The position numbers and the translations under genes were made by a program. This document shows, in pieces, positions 41,756 through 52,171 of a stretch of 64,000 nt of DNA; the stretch's first letter is position 1, and every line of letters starts with the position of its first letter. Source of the stretch: Blastocladiella emersonii ATCC 22665 (lineage: Eukaryota > Fungi > Blastocladiomycota); assembly GCA_025594325.1 (NCBI GenBank), contig JANHCV010000001.1, forward strand, positions 1,860,001 through 1,924,000, given 5' to 3'. The notes beneath the pieces were generated by a model. The model was not told where the DNA came from, searched no databases, and saw only the letters and a program-made list of their open reading frames with translations.

Positions 41756-44700
41756 ATGGAGGTCATGGACGCGGAGACGCTCAAGCGCCAGAACGACCAG
41801 CTCTGGCGGCTGGTACGGCCTCCCCTTGCATCGTCGCGGCCTTCGGCTAACCACGCCACGCCGTCTAGGTCGAGCGCCAGCGATTCGTCATCTTCCAGCT
41901 GCGCGAGGAGCTCGAGCGCATGATGCTCGAGCGCGACGCGGCCCGCGGTCTCGCCCCGCCCGTCGCCGCGGTTGCGCCCGCCGCCGAGGGCTACGAGCCG
42001 TCGGTCGCCGCCGCCTCTTCCTCGCCCGCCACCGGCCCTGCCCTTCCGCCACGCACCACCTCGTCGGGCCCCTCGGTCCCGCCGTCCGCTGCCCCGTCGG
42101 CCGCGCCCTCGGTCATTGACGACTCGCCGCCGGGCACGCCGACCGCGGCGCCCGCTGTGGCGCCCTCGCCGCGCGCGCTGCCCGCGGGCGTCATGTCCCC
42201 CTCGGTCGCGGCGGCGTCGAGTCCCGTCGTCAAGGCGGTGGTCCCGCCCGTGCGCGCGCCGCAGACGACGCCGCCGACGCAGTCGCAGCTGTCGCACCTG
42301 CGCTCGTCGCTGCACCTGCTGTCGCTGCCCGTCGTGGGCTCGTTCATCCGGCCCAACAACAAGGGCAAGGACACGCTGTATTTCGTGGTGGCGGCGCGGC
42401 TGACCGACTCGCAGACGTCGGTCCCGTCCGAGCTGTGGTGGGTCGCCAAGTCGTACGCCGACCTGTACGCGCTCGAGAGCAAGGCGCGCGCCGCACACAA
42501 GATCTACCCGCAGATGGCCTCGGTCCAGCGCCTCCCCGACAAGTCCTTTTTCTCGGTCTCGCGCGAGGCCGGCGCCGCCGCCGCGATTCTCGCCCAGCGC
42601 GCCGACGCCCGCCGCTACGCCGTCGAGGCCTTCCTCGTCCAGCTGCTCACCGTCGTGTGCGAGTCGCCGTTCGGGCCCATGACCCAGCAGCTCGTCGAGC
42701 TCATCGCCACGGACCTCCACGACCCGACCACCAGCGTCTTTGCCCCCGTCGACGTGACTAACGGCGGCGGTAGCTCCGGGATCGGCGGCACCACGCCCGT
42801 CCTCGGCCCCGCTCCCGATGCGCTCGGTGCAGTTGCGGCGGCGCCGTCGACGAGCATCTCGTCCTCCTTCTTTGGCCAGGACTCGGGCCTCGGCCGGCTG
42901 TTCAAAAAGTCGTCCTCGTCTAACGCGGGCGGGTCGACGCTGTCGACGAGCAGCAGCAGCCGCCGGGGCGCGTCGGCCGGCGGCAGCAGCCCGAACCTGG
43001 TGCCGCGCAACCCCGTGTTTGGTGTGCCGCTCGAGCAGGCGATTGCCGTGTCGCGGATCAAGGACGGGTACGAGCTGCCGGCGGTCGTGTACCGGTGCAT
43101 CGAGTACCTGGACTCGCAGCGCGCGTGCGAGGAGGAGGGCATCTACCGGCTGTCGGGGTCGTCGGCGACGATCCGCGCGCTCAAGGACAAGTTCAACGCC
43201 GAGGGCGACTACGACATTGCCAGCACGGGCGAGTACGTGGACGTGCACGCCGTGGCCGGGCTCCTCAAGCTCTTCTTCCGCGAGCTGCCCGGGTCGATTT
43301 TGACGGATCAGTTCCACCCGTACTTCATGGCGCTGCAGACCATCGAGGACAACGACCAGCGCACCATCGAGCTGTCGATGCTCGTCAACACCCTGCCCAT
43401 CGCCAACTACACGGTCCTGCGCGCTCTCATCTCGCACCTCGTCTCGGTCGTCACCAACTCGGACCGCAACAAGATGACGGTCCGCAACATCGGCATCGTG
43501 TTCGCGCCCACGCTCGGCATCCCCGCCGGCGTCTTCGCCCTCATGCTCATGCACTTTGAGGTCGTCTTCGACGTCGAGGTCGGCCGCCGCCGCCGCGAGG
43601 AGCGCGAGCGCAAGCTGCAGCAGGAGCGCGACGACGAGGAGGCCGCCGCGGCGGCTGCCGCCAAGGAGAAGCGCCGCATGCGCCGCGGCACCGTGCTCAT
43701 GGACGGTCCCACAGCCGCTCCGGACGCGACTGACGCCCCGCCCATGCCCGGCATGCCGTCCGAGGAGTCGGCCAGCGTCGTCACGGCCAGCAGCGTGCTC
43801 GCCGACGCGGCGCGCACCGACGGCGGGCTCGGCAGCCCCGACTCGACGGCGCGCGACGAGATCGTCGACCTCGTCGGCGACTACGACGGCTCTGGGTCGC
43901 AGCCCACGGACTCGCCATCGGTTTCTGTCGTTCTCGAGGCCGCGCAGTACGCGACCAGCTCCATCGACGCCGTGTCGGACGTCGGGCACAACAGCGCCTC
44001 GGCATCCACCGGTCCCAACGCCGCGACGCCGCGGCGGTCGCTGATGCGCAACTCGCTCGTGTACCAGGCGGCGGCGCCCGACAGCATCCTGAACCTGGAG
44101 CGTTCGCTGACGCCCGTGACGACGAACCCGGACGAGGCGCGTGCCGTGGCGCAGGCACTCGAGACGGACAGCGCGGTGGCGACGGCGGACGCCGAGTACG
44201 CGCACGTGGCGCGGGCGCAGAACCGCATGTCGCACGGGTACCTGTCGTACTACGACAGCGAGGCGCTCGACTACATGCAGTTCATCGAGACGGCGGGCGT
44301 CGAGCGACTCCCAACCCCCAAGTCGACGCTGCAGCGCCAGCACTCGCTCGGGTTCGCGGCCGTCGCCGACTCGGCCGCGTACGCGCACCACGAGCTCATG
44401 CACGCCGGTGTCGATAGTAGTATGAGTCTCGGCAGCAGCCCCGGCACGCCGCCCGCTGCTCCGCCCGCCCGGTCTGCGTCCGGGCTCATGGGCCGCACCC
44501 GGTCCGACTCGTCGTCGTCGTCGGTCATGGCCACGGTCGCGGCCGGCGGGCCAGCGCCGCCGCTCCGCGGCAACTCGTCGCGCGCGACCAAGCGCGAGTC
44601 CGTGTACCTCGGCCACCACCCGGGCGCGCACCACCCGGCCAACGCGCACTACGGGTCGTCGCCCGGGTCGATGCCGGGTTCCCCGCTCGGGAGTGTCGGC

Positions 44701-44964
44701 GGTGCGTCGTCGCCGCTCGCTGCGGCCGTGAGCGCCGGGGTGCCCGGCGGTAACGGTGGCGCGCACCTCGCGCCGCTCTCGCCGCGGTCGATGCAGGCGG
44801 CCGAGGCCAACCTCCAGGCGCTCCTGCGCACCGACAAGGCGACGCTGTCGCGCGAGCTGTCCAACATGGACCCTGCGCAGCTCGCGTCGCTCAAGGCCCT
44901 CATCGAGCGCAGCAACCCGTCGTCGCAGGTCTCGTCGCAGTCGTCGGTCAACCGCACCGTCTGA
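41756..44964 (+). CDS. BEM3: PX-domain RhoGAP, Bem3-like
   Basis: N-terminal coiled coil; PX-like segment (WWVAKSY...LPDKSFF); RhoGAP VFGVPLE...EEGIYRLSG...LKLFFRELP...NKMTVRNIGIVFAPTL. Intron 41813-41868. Confidence 0.8.
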
Positions 44965-45716
44965 GTGTCGCCCCCGCACACACGCGCGCGCGGCGTAGAT
45001 GACTTGTGCGGCTGGCTCGCGCGAGGACTCTCGTCGGCGTCGATGACCACGGAGTTTTGTGTAACACCACCCTTCCTCCCCTCTCTCATCGTTTTGTTCC
45101 CACCCTTTTGCTCTCCCCTAGATGATGTACCAACGAACAAACCTTTCGCTCTCAGCGTACTGCATTGCCAGCTCTCACCGATTCGATGGCCCGTGTCGCG
45201 TCGATGGCCCTCGTCAATGGTCCGCGTCGATGGCGACGCCCGCACCAAGCCAGATGGCGCGACGCTTACGCGAACAGATCCGAGCCGCGGATCTTCTCGC
45301 CAGGTCGAGTCGTTGCTCACGGCAACCTGAGACGAAGCCGCTGGCAAGCCGAAACGCGTCGCGCTGATTCGGTCCCTGCCTTTCGGGTCATCGCGATGGA
45401 GGTCGGGGGAGCCAGCAACGCTCACCATGCTCACGGTGAGGGCGACTTGTACGTTGCGAGAGGTCGCGCACGCCAGGACGTCGCACAGCGTGGTGCAGCG
45501 CGACGTCGGAGCAAAATTACTCGCGAATTCGTCACGTGCGGCGGCGATCGGAAGTGTGGCGCCGAGAACGCGTGCGAAAGAGAGCATGCATGTGTTCCGT
45601 GCTCGCGTCGCTCGCTTGTCATCGGACCTCCGCCCGCCCGCCCTACAAAAGCCGACCGTCTCCCCGCCCGGCCCCTCGCTCTCTCTTTGAGACTTGCACT
45701 TTGCATTGCACGAACC

Positions 45717-47271
45717 ATGTTCTCGCGCGCCTTCCTCCGCTCGCGCACCGCCGCCGCCCGCGCGGCCCAGCGCGCCTCGGCCCCGACCGCCGCCGCCCGC
45801 CGTACCTTCGCCGCCGAGGCCGGCGAGGCCGCCAAGGCCACGAGCAACAAGGCCCTCCCGCTCGCCCTCGCCCTCGCCGCCGTCGGCGCCGGCGGCTACT
45901 ACTGGTCGACCACCAAGTACGCCGACCTCGGCAAGCAGCTCGCCGAGAAGAAGGCCGCCGCTGCGCCCAAGGAGCCCCTCGACTACAAGAAGGGTAAGCT
46001 AACTGCGTCAAGGTGACGACCGACTTGATGAATGCTGACCGACCGCCTCCGTCTCGATCTTCGTAGTCGCTGCCGACATTGCCGACCTGCTCGGTATGCT
46101 CGCTTCGCCTGCCTGCGCTCGCGATCGATCGCCCGCCCGCTAACGCATGAACGTGCTCCTAGATGCCGACTACGAGGACGGCTCGTACGGCCCCATCCTC
46201 GTCCGCCTCGCCTGGCACGCGTCCGGCACCTACGCCAAGGGCGAGGGTAACGGCGGCAGCAACGGCGCCACCATGCGCTTCCACGGTGCGTGCTCATCGC
46301 CTCGTACCGGCACTCTGGATCGGACCAGCGCTGACTCTGCTCCAAACCCACTCTAGCCGAGTCCTCGGACGGCGCCAACAACGGCCTGAACATTGCCCGC
46401 GACCTGCTCGAGCCCATCAAGGCCAAGTACCCCGAGATCTCGTACGCGGACCTGTGGACGCTCGCCGGCGTGGTGGCCATCAAGGAGCTCGGCGGCCCCT
46501 CGATCCCGTGGCGCTCGGGCCGGTCCGACGCCCCCGACGAGTCGGCGTGCCCGCCCCAGGGCCGTCTGCCCGACGCGTCCAAGGACCAGAAGCACGTCCG
46601 CGACGTCTTCTACCGCATGGGCTTCGACGACCGCGAGATCGTCGCCCTCCTCGGCGCCCACGCCCTCGGCCGCTGCCACACGGACCGCTCGGGCTACTCG
46701 GGCCCCTGGACCTTCTCGCCCACCATGCTCACCAACGACTACTACAAGCTCCTGCTCTCGGAGACGTGGCAGAAGAAGAAGTGGGACGGCCCGCTCCAGT
46801 ACGAGGACAAGAAGACCAAGTCGCTGGTACGTTTTCGCGTCTCGGTCTCCTTCTCCCTCGACCCTCCCTTGCCTCCCGTATCCCGATCCCCTTGGTCCAC
46901 ACCCCGTCGACATGGCTCCTGCGACGTGCCACGCACCCTCGGGGTGACTCGTTGCGCCACTCGAGGTCCATTGGAGGTCGGCGACCTTGGGTGACCTCGG
47001 GTGACCTTGGGTGACCTTGGACCTCCTCCACCGACCTCCACCACCCGGCCCGACCTCCCCCAACCCCTCCCGACCTCTCACTGACCTCCAACACTTCTAG
47101 ATGATGCTACCGAGCGACATGGCCATGCTGTGGGACTCGAAATTCAAGGTTTACGTCAAGGAGTTCGCCGCCGACGAGGCCGTCTTCTTCGACGCCTTCG
47201 CCTCGGCGTTCGGCAAGCTCCTCGAGCTCGGCGTCAAGTTCCCCGAGACGTCCGAGACCATCACCCTCTAA
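45717..47271 (+). CDS. CCP1: Mitochondrial cytochrome c peroxidase (class I heme peroxidase)
   Basis: Presequence plus TM; [32 protein letters not shown] and MMLPSD motifs. Introns 45994-46066, 46094-46162, 46286-46356, 46827-47100. Confidence 0.94.
46981..47020. repeat. 10-bp tandem repeat (GTGACCTTGG-like x4) in CCP1 intron 4
   Basis: gcgaccttgg gtgacctcgg gtgaccttgg gtgaccttgg. Confidence 0.9.
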
Positions 47272-47616
47272 GCTGCCTTCGTTACCCTCGCGAGACCCGT
47301 TTGCGCGGCTCCTCGGCTGTGAGCGCGCGGGCGGGCGCGCGGACGAAGCTGTTTGGTCGGTTTAGTGAAAAGGAAGGAAGGAACGAGTATTTGCGAAAGT
47401 TGCACAATTGTTAATATCATGCTTGAACCCCACCACTCGCCAGTTGCCTGTCCCTGGAGTTCGCGAAAGTCCGTGACTCGCCAGCTGTGGGGCGCGTTCC
47501 TCACAACACGTGCGCCTGTTCGACGCGGTTTCGCTCGGAGTCAATGGCCTCTCCGATGGCCTCCCTGATAACGCTCAAGGCGGCCGATGCGCAACAGGAG
47601 ATGTATGCCAAGGTAA

Positions 47617-48820
47617 TCAAAACTCGGTCCCGCGGGACCCATAGATGCGCGCGTACCGATGCGGCGGCTGCGTGCTACTCGCAAAGCTCCCGAGCAACTT
47701 ACAACTCGCCACATACTCCTCGAGATTCGCCAGCGCGCGCCGCATCGGCTCCTCGTTGACCGCGCCATCCACGGTCAGCACAAACACGAGCTCCCACGGG
47801 TGCGCGGCGTGGCCGAGCGGGCGCGACTCGACCTTGCTGACGTTGATCTCGCGCAGCGCGAAACACGACAGCGCCTTGAACAGCGCGCCCGGCACGTTGC
47901 GCAGCGTGATGGCCAGCGCGGTCCTTGCCTGCCCGTCACGCGGCGGCGGCGGCGTGCCAGGTTGCGCACTCAGCTCGTAGTACCGCGTCACGAGCGTCGT
48001 GGAGGTGTCTTCCATATCCTCGGCGAGGATCGAGAGGCCGTACAGCGCGGCGGCATCGCGCGACGCGATAGCGGCGGCGGCGCGTGGGGTCTCGACGCGC
48101 GCTACGTACGCGGCGCTCTCGGCCGTGTCCATGGCCTGCGTGATGGTCAGTGGAGGCGAGCTCGGGCCGCGACTTGAGCTCAGCTGGCGCAGGAACGCGC
48201 GGCACTGCGCGAGGACGGCCGGATGCGAGCGGATCTCGGTCAAGTCCTACACCTCGGCGTGTCAAATGCGGGCATAGCGCGTTGTGAGAGCGAGTCGAAC
48301 GGACCTCGAGCTTGGTCCCCTCGTGGCCGACGAGACAGTGGTGCTCGCGCACCACGTACTCTGCCGTGACGTGCACGGTGCGCTCGCGCAGCAGCGCGTG
48401 GATCTCGGGGAACGACCCGCTGTGCGTGTTCTCGACGGGCACCAGGGCGCGGTCCACGGTCCCGAGCTCGACGGCGTCAAAGAGCTACGCGTCCGCGCTG
48501 CGTCAATCCATGCAGGCGACTCGGAACCACGCAGTGGGCGTACCGACGCAAAGTCCGGAAACGCGACCGGCTCCACGGTCCCGCGCGGCTGCCGCAGGAC
48601 GGGCGACGCCGGGCTGGTCGGCACCTCGGTCCCGTCAGGATCGGCAGCGCGCACGAGGCTGTGCTTGGACCGGTAGAAGTCGAGCAGCGCGGCCTCCGAG
48701 TAGGCGCCGCGGATGCCTGTGCGCGGGCGGCGGGGATCAGCTGCATAGCGACACTGGTGTGGGCGATTCAGCCAGACCTTGGAACCCGACGCGGAGATGG
48801 ATTGCATTAGCTTGTGACAT
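47617..48820 (-). CDS. PHA2: Prephenate dehydratase with ACT domain
   Basis: Spliced VGFQ|GIRGAYSEAA, VPVENTHSGS, SHPAVLAQC, TRY, PGALFKALSCFALREINVSKVESRP. Introns 48717-48777, 48485-48543, 48247-48304. Confidence 0.92.
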
Positions 48821-48999
48821 GGTTACGGTGCGAGTTCATTTGTGGTTGGGAGAGCGAAAGTGGGATCACGGCGACGAGCGCGGCTTCAGCGGCACGGGTC
48901 GGCGGCGGCCAGGTCGCCGACCACCTTGGAGCCAACACATCCCAGCGCGCGATGGTCAAAAGTGAAGTTGTCCCATTCATCTAGGTTCTATACAATCCA

Positions 49000-49839
49000 T
49001 CAGCTCGAGGTCGTCGTCGAAGCCGCCTCGGTCGGCCGTGGTGGGGCGGGCGCGACCGCCATGGCCGCCGAGTACCCAGGCCCATCGATCTGCGAGCGCG
49101 GGCGCGCCCCCGCCGCCGCCGTTCCCCCCGCGGCGGGCTTCCGCGCGAGCTGCCAGCTGAGGAACGAGTTCCACCCGAGACTGCACGTATTCATGACGAG
49201 CAGGCGCGCGGTACCGGCAAAGTAGCGGAAGTTGAGCGTGTTAACGACAGGCCAGACGAGGAAGCCCGTCAGGAACATGCTGGGTCCCTTGGCGAGCAGC
49301 GTCTCGGAGATCGTCCCCGCGAGCGTGGCGCCCGGCGGCGGGTTGAACGACGTGGGCGATGCAGGCTTCCACTCGACGCCCGCGTCCTCGGCCTGCCGCA
49401 TCCGCCACGCGCGCTGCGCCCACGCCGCCGACGTCGTCGCCGACAGGAACAGGACCAGGTACGGCGGCACGCTGAAGATCTGCGCGGCCATGCCCTTGCG
49501 GAACGCACGCAGCAGCAGCGACCGCGACTCGGCGCCCGTCAGCCGCGGGCCCGCGCGCACCAAGCTCGGCGCGGGCATCGGGAAGAAGCGGTCCAGCACC
49601 TTGTACACGCTCACAAAGTAGGGCCCTGCGCGGCGCTGGGGTTAGTCGCGGGTGCGCCTGCGTGCGGATCGGCATCACGCACCGTTCACGACGACGCCGA
49701 TGGCCGCCATGCGCGCGGTGCGGTCGCTGTCCCACGAGTCGCGCAGCGTGTGGCCCTCGGGCAGCGTCACCCACTGCGCGAACAGGTCGCCGAACGTGAA
49801 GAGGACGCCGGCGCTGGCCGATGCGTAGCGGACTGACAT
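49000..49839 (-). CDS. Mpv17/PMP22 family membrane protein
   Basis: LFTFGDLFAQ, DSDRTARMA, WPVVNTLNFRY and NTCSLGWNSFLS motifs. Intron 49626-49682. Confidence 0.88.
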
Positions 49840-50014
49840 GGTTGCATAGAATGTATCGGTGGTTTGGGCAGGGAGGGAGAGAGGGGACCAGAGCCGATCA
49901 CGGTGGCGAGGGTCGCACGCCGTGATCCGAGGTTTCCCGAACCACACGAGTCATCGCCAAGTTACCGTGTATTACGTGAGACAGCTATAAAATCACGCGT
50001 TCTCCCCAAGAAAA

Positions 50015-51751
50015 CTAGGCCGCGACCGTCGAGCGCGTCGGGATCCCGGCCTTGACGAGGTGCGCCTTGACGTCGGCGAGCGGCACCTCGCGGCGGTGGA
50101 AGATGCCGGCAGCGAGCGCCGCGTCGGCGTCCGTGGCGCGGAACACGTCCTCAAAGTGCTGGACGTGACCGGCGCCGCTCGACGCGACGACGGGGATCGA
50201 GACCGCGGCCTTGACGGCGGCCGTGAGCTCGAGGTCGAACCCCGACTTGGACCCGTCCTTGTCCATGCAGTTGAGCAGGATCTCGCCGGCGCCGAGGTGC
50301 GCCACGGCGCGCACCAGCTGGTGCACGTCCAGGTCGCGGCCCTCGCGCCCGCCCTTGACCGTGCACTGGTACCAGCAGTACCGCTCGCCGTTGGGCCCGG
50401 GGAACGCCGTCTCAATGGTCGTGTGGTGCGTGGCCGCCGGGTCGGCCACGTAGACGCGGCGCGGGTCGACCGAGACCACCACGGCCTGCGACCCGTACAC
50501 CTGCGCGATCTGCTCGATCGCCGTCGACCCGTCGAGCGGCGGCAGCGTACCGTCGGCAGCGGCACGCGCCCACACGGCCTCGGCCGCGTACACGGCGTCG
50601 GACCCGATCGACACCTTGTCGGCGCCGGCGCGGAAGTACTCGGTGACGACGTCGAGGGCGCGGACGACGGTGCCGTCGGGCTCGGTGATGTCGCGGATCC
50701 CGCCGCCGATGGTGAGCGGGACGAAGATGGACGCGGACGCGCGCTTGAGCAGGTCGAGCATCGGCAGGTCCTTGACGGGGACGCTGCGGAACGACGTGAT
50801 GTTCAGGAAATCAATCTCGTCGGCGCCCTCGGCGTAGTAGGTCTGCGCGAGCTCGACGGGGTCGCCCAGGTTGCGCACGTCGCCGCCCGCCGCCTTGTCG
50901 CGCACGTCGTACCCCTCGCCCTTGGTCACCACGAGCTGGCCCTGGTCGTTGGCGCGGATGTCGAGGCACGCGATCACTCGCTTCGTCAGCGAGTCGCGGA
51001 TCGCCGGTACGACAAAGGCGGCGACGCCGCCGGGGGCCGCGGTCCAGAACGCGGTCGCGTCGGCGGGGAGCGGGGCCACGGGGGCCGCCGACTGGAGGTA
51101 CTTGGCGAGCAGGGCGAGGCCGGCGGCGCCCGACTTTTCCGGGTGGAACTGCGTCGCGAACACGTTGCGGAACTGGACCGAGCTGACAAACGGCTCGTCG
51201 CCGTACCGCGCGACCGAGTCGGCCACGGCATTGAGCGTGTCGGCGGCGGCCTCGTCCCAGATGGCCGCGTAGCTGTGGACAAAGTAGTACTTGGCCGTCT
51301 CGTCAATCAGGCCTCCGGCGGCAGCATCGCGTCCGCGGGCGACGGCGGTGCCGTTCCACCCCATGTGCGGAACGGTCTTGGTCGCGGCCGAGAACTTACG
51401 GATCGCGAACGGGATCAGGCCGAGGCCGGCGACGCCCGGGCTCTCCTCGGACGCGGCGAACAGCGACTGCATGCCGACGCAGATGCCCATGAACGGCTTG
51501 CCCGAGCGGATGTAGGCGAGCAGCGGCTCGACGTAGCCCTTGGCGCGCAGGCCCGCCATGGCCTGGCCAAAGGCGCCGACGCCCGGGAAGATGAGCACGT
51601 CCGCGCGCGCGAAGTCGGCCGGCGAGGCGATGGGGACCAGGTCGACGCCCGTCGCGTGCTTGACCGCGTTCACCAGGCTGCGCACGTTGCCCGCGCCGTA
51701 GTCGAGCAGGTACACCGAGGACGAGGTCGAGGGCTGTGATGGGGCTGTCAT
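50015..51751 (-). CDS. HIS7: Imidazole glycerol phosphate synthase, fused HisH-HisF
   Basis: Intronless; LDYGAGNVRS, GICVGMQ, QFHPEKS, RVIACLDIR and CMDKDGSKSGFDL motifs. Confidence 0.97.
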   Translation of the reverse strand: MTAPSQPSTSSSVYLLDYGAGNVRSLVNAVKHATGVDLVPIASPADFARADVLIFPGVGAFGQAMAGLRAKGYVEPLLAYIRSGKPFMGICVGMQSLFAASEESPGVAGLGLIPFAIRKFSAATKTVPHMGWNGTAVARGRDAAAGGLIDETAKYYFVHSYAAIWDEAAADTLNAVADSVARYGDEPFVSSVQFRNVFATQFHPEKSGAAGLALLAKYLQSAAPVAPLPADATAFWTAAPGGVAAFVVPAIRDSLTKRVIACLDIRANDQGQLVVTKGEGYDVRDKAAGGDVRNLGDPVELAQTYYAEGADEIDFLNITSFRSVPVKDLPMLDLLKRASASIFVPLTIGGGIRDITEPDGTVVRALDVVTEYFRAGADKVSIGSDAVYAAEAVWARAAADGTLPPLDGSTAIEQIAQVYGSQAVVVSVDPRRVYVADPAATHHTTIETAFPGPNGERYCWYQCTVKGGREGRDLDVHQLVRAVAHLGAGEILLNCMDKDGSKSGFDLELTAAVKAAVSIPVVASSGAGHVQHFEDVFRATDADAALAAGIFHRREVPLADVKAHLVKAGIPTRSTVAA

Positions 51752-52171
51752 GGTGGTGCTACTGTGCAAGATACATGGAATGCCGGGCTGGGTGGGGAGA
51801 GAGGGAGGGACGGCGAGGGTTCCCAAGCCCTTTCAGGGACCGCCTCGCCCGCACGCGCCCGCGATGCGACGAGTCATCGAAGCCATCGCGCTCGAATGAT
51901 CGGGTCGCCGTGCGTGATGCTTAGTCGCAGCTTCCGGAACACGCGGGACCGAGATCCGAGAGACAGAAACGATGATTCAGGCCACACGTGAGGTCTGCAG
52001 CTGGCGCCATGTGTGATGGGAGTGACAGGAATTGCGGCGTCATATGAACGCGCTGCTCGGGAGCGAAAACGCGTCGCCGCCTTGGCAGCCGAATGTGCCA
52101 CCTCATCCGCTCTACTCTCCTGCACACGCAACTTACGACGCAACTTGAACAACCACTCTACGCATCGACCA

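Noticed and set aside
41557-44979. 1140-aa minus-strand ORF and similar long antisense or alternate-frame ORFs (e.g. 14129-16075, 19446-21269, 19504-21579, 50060-51739, 53807-55249)
   Set aside because: These are shadow frames of real GC3-rich genes. The translations are Arg/Gly/Ala-rich without motifs, and stops are rare at this GC content.
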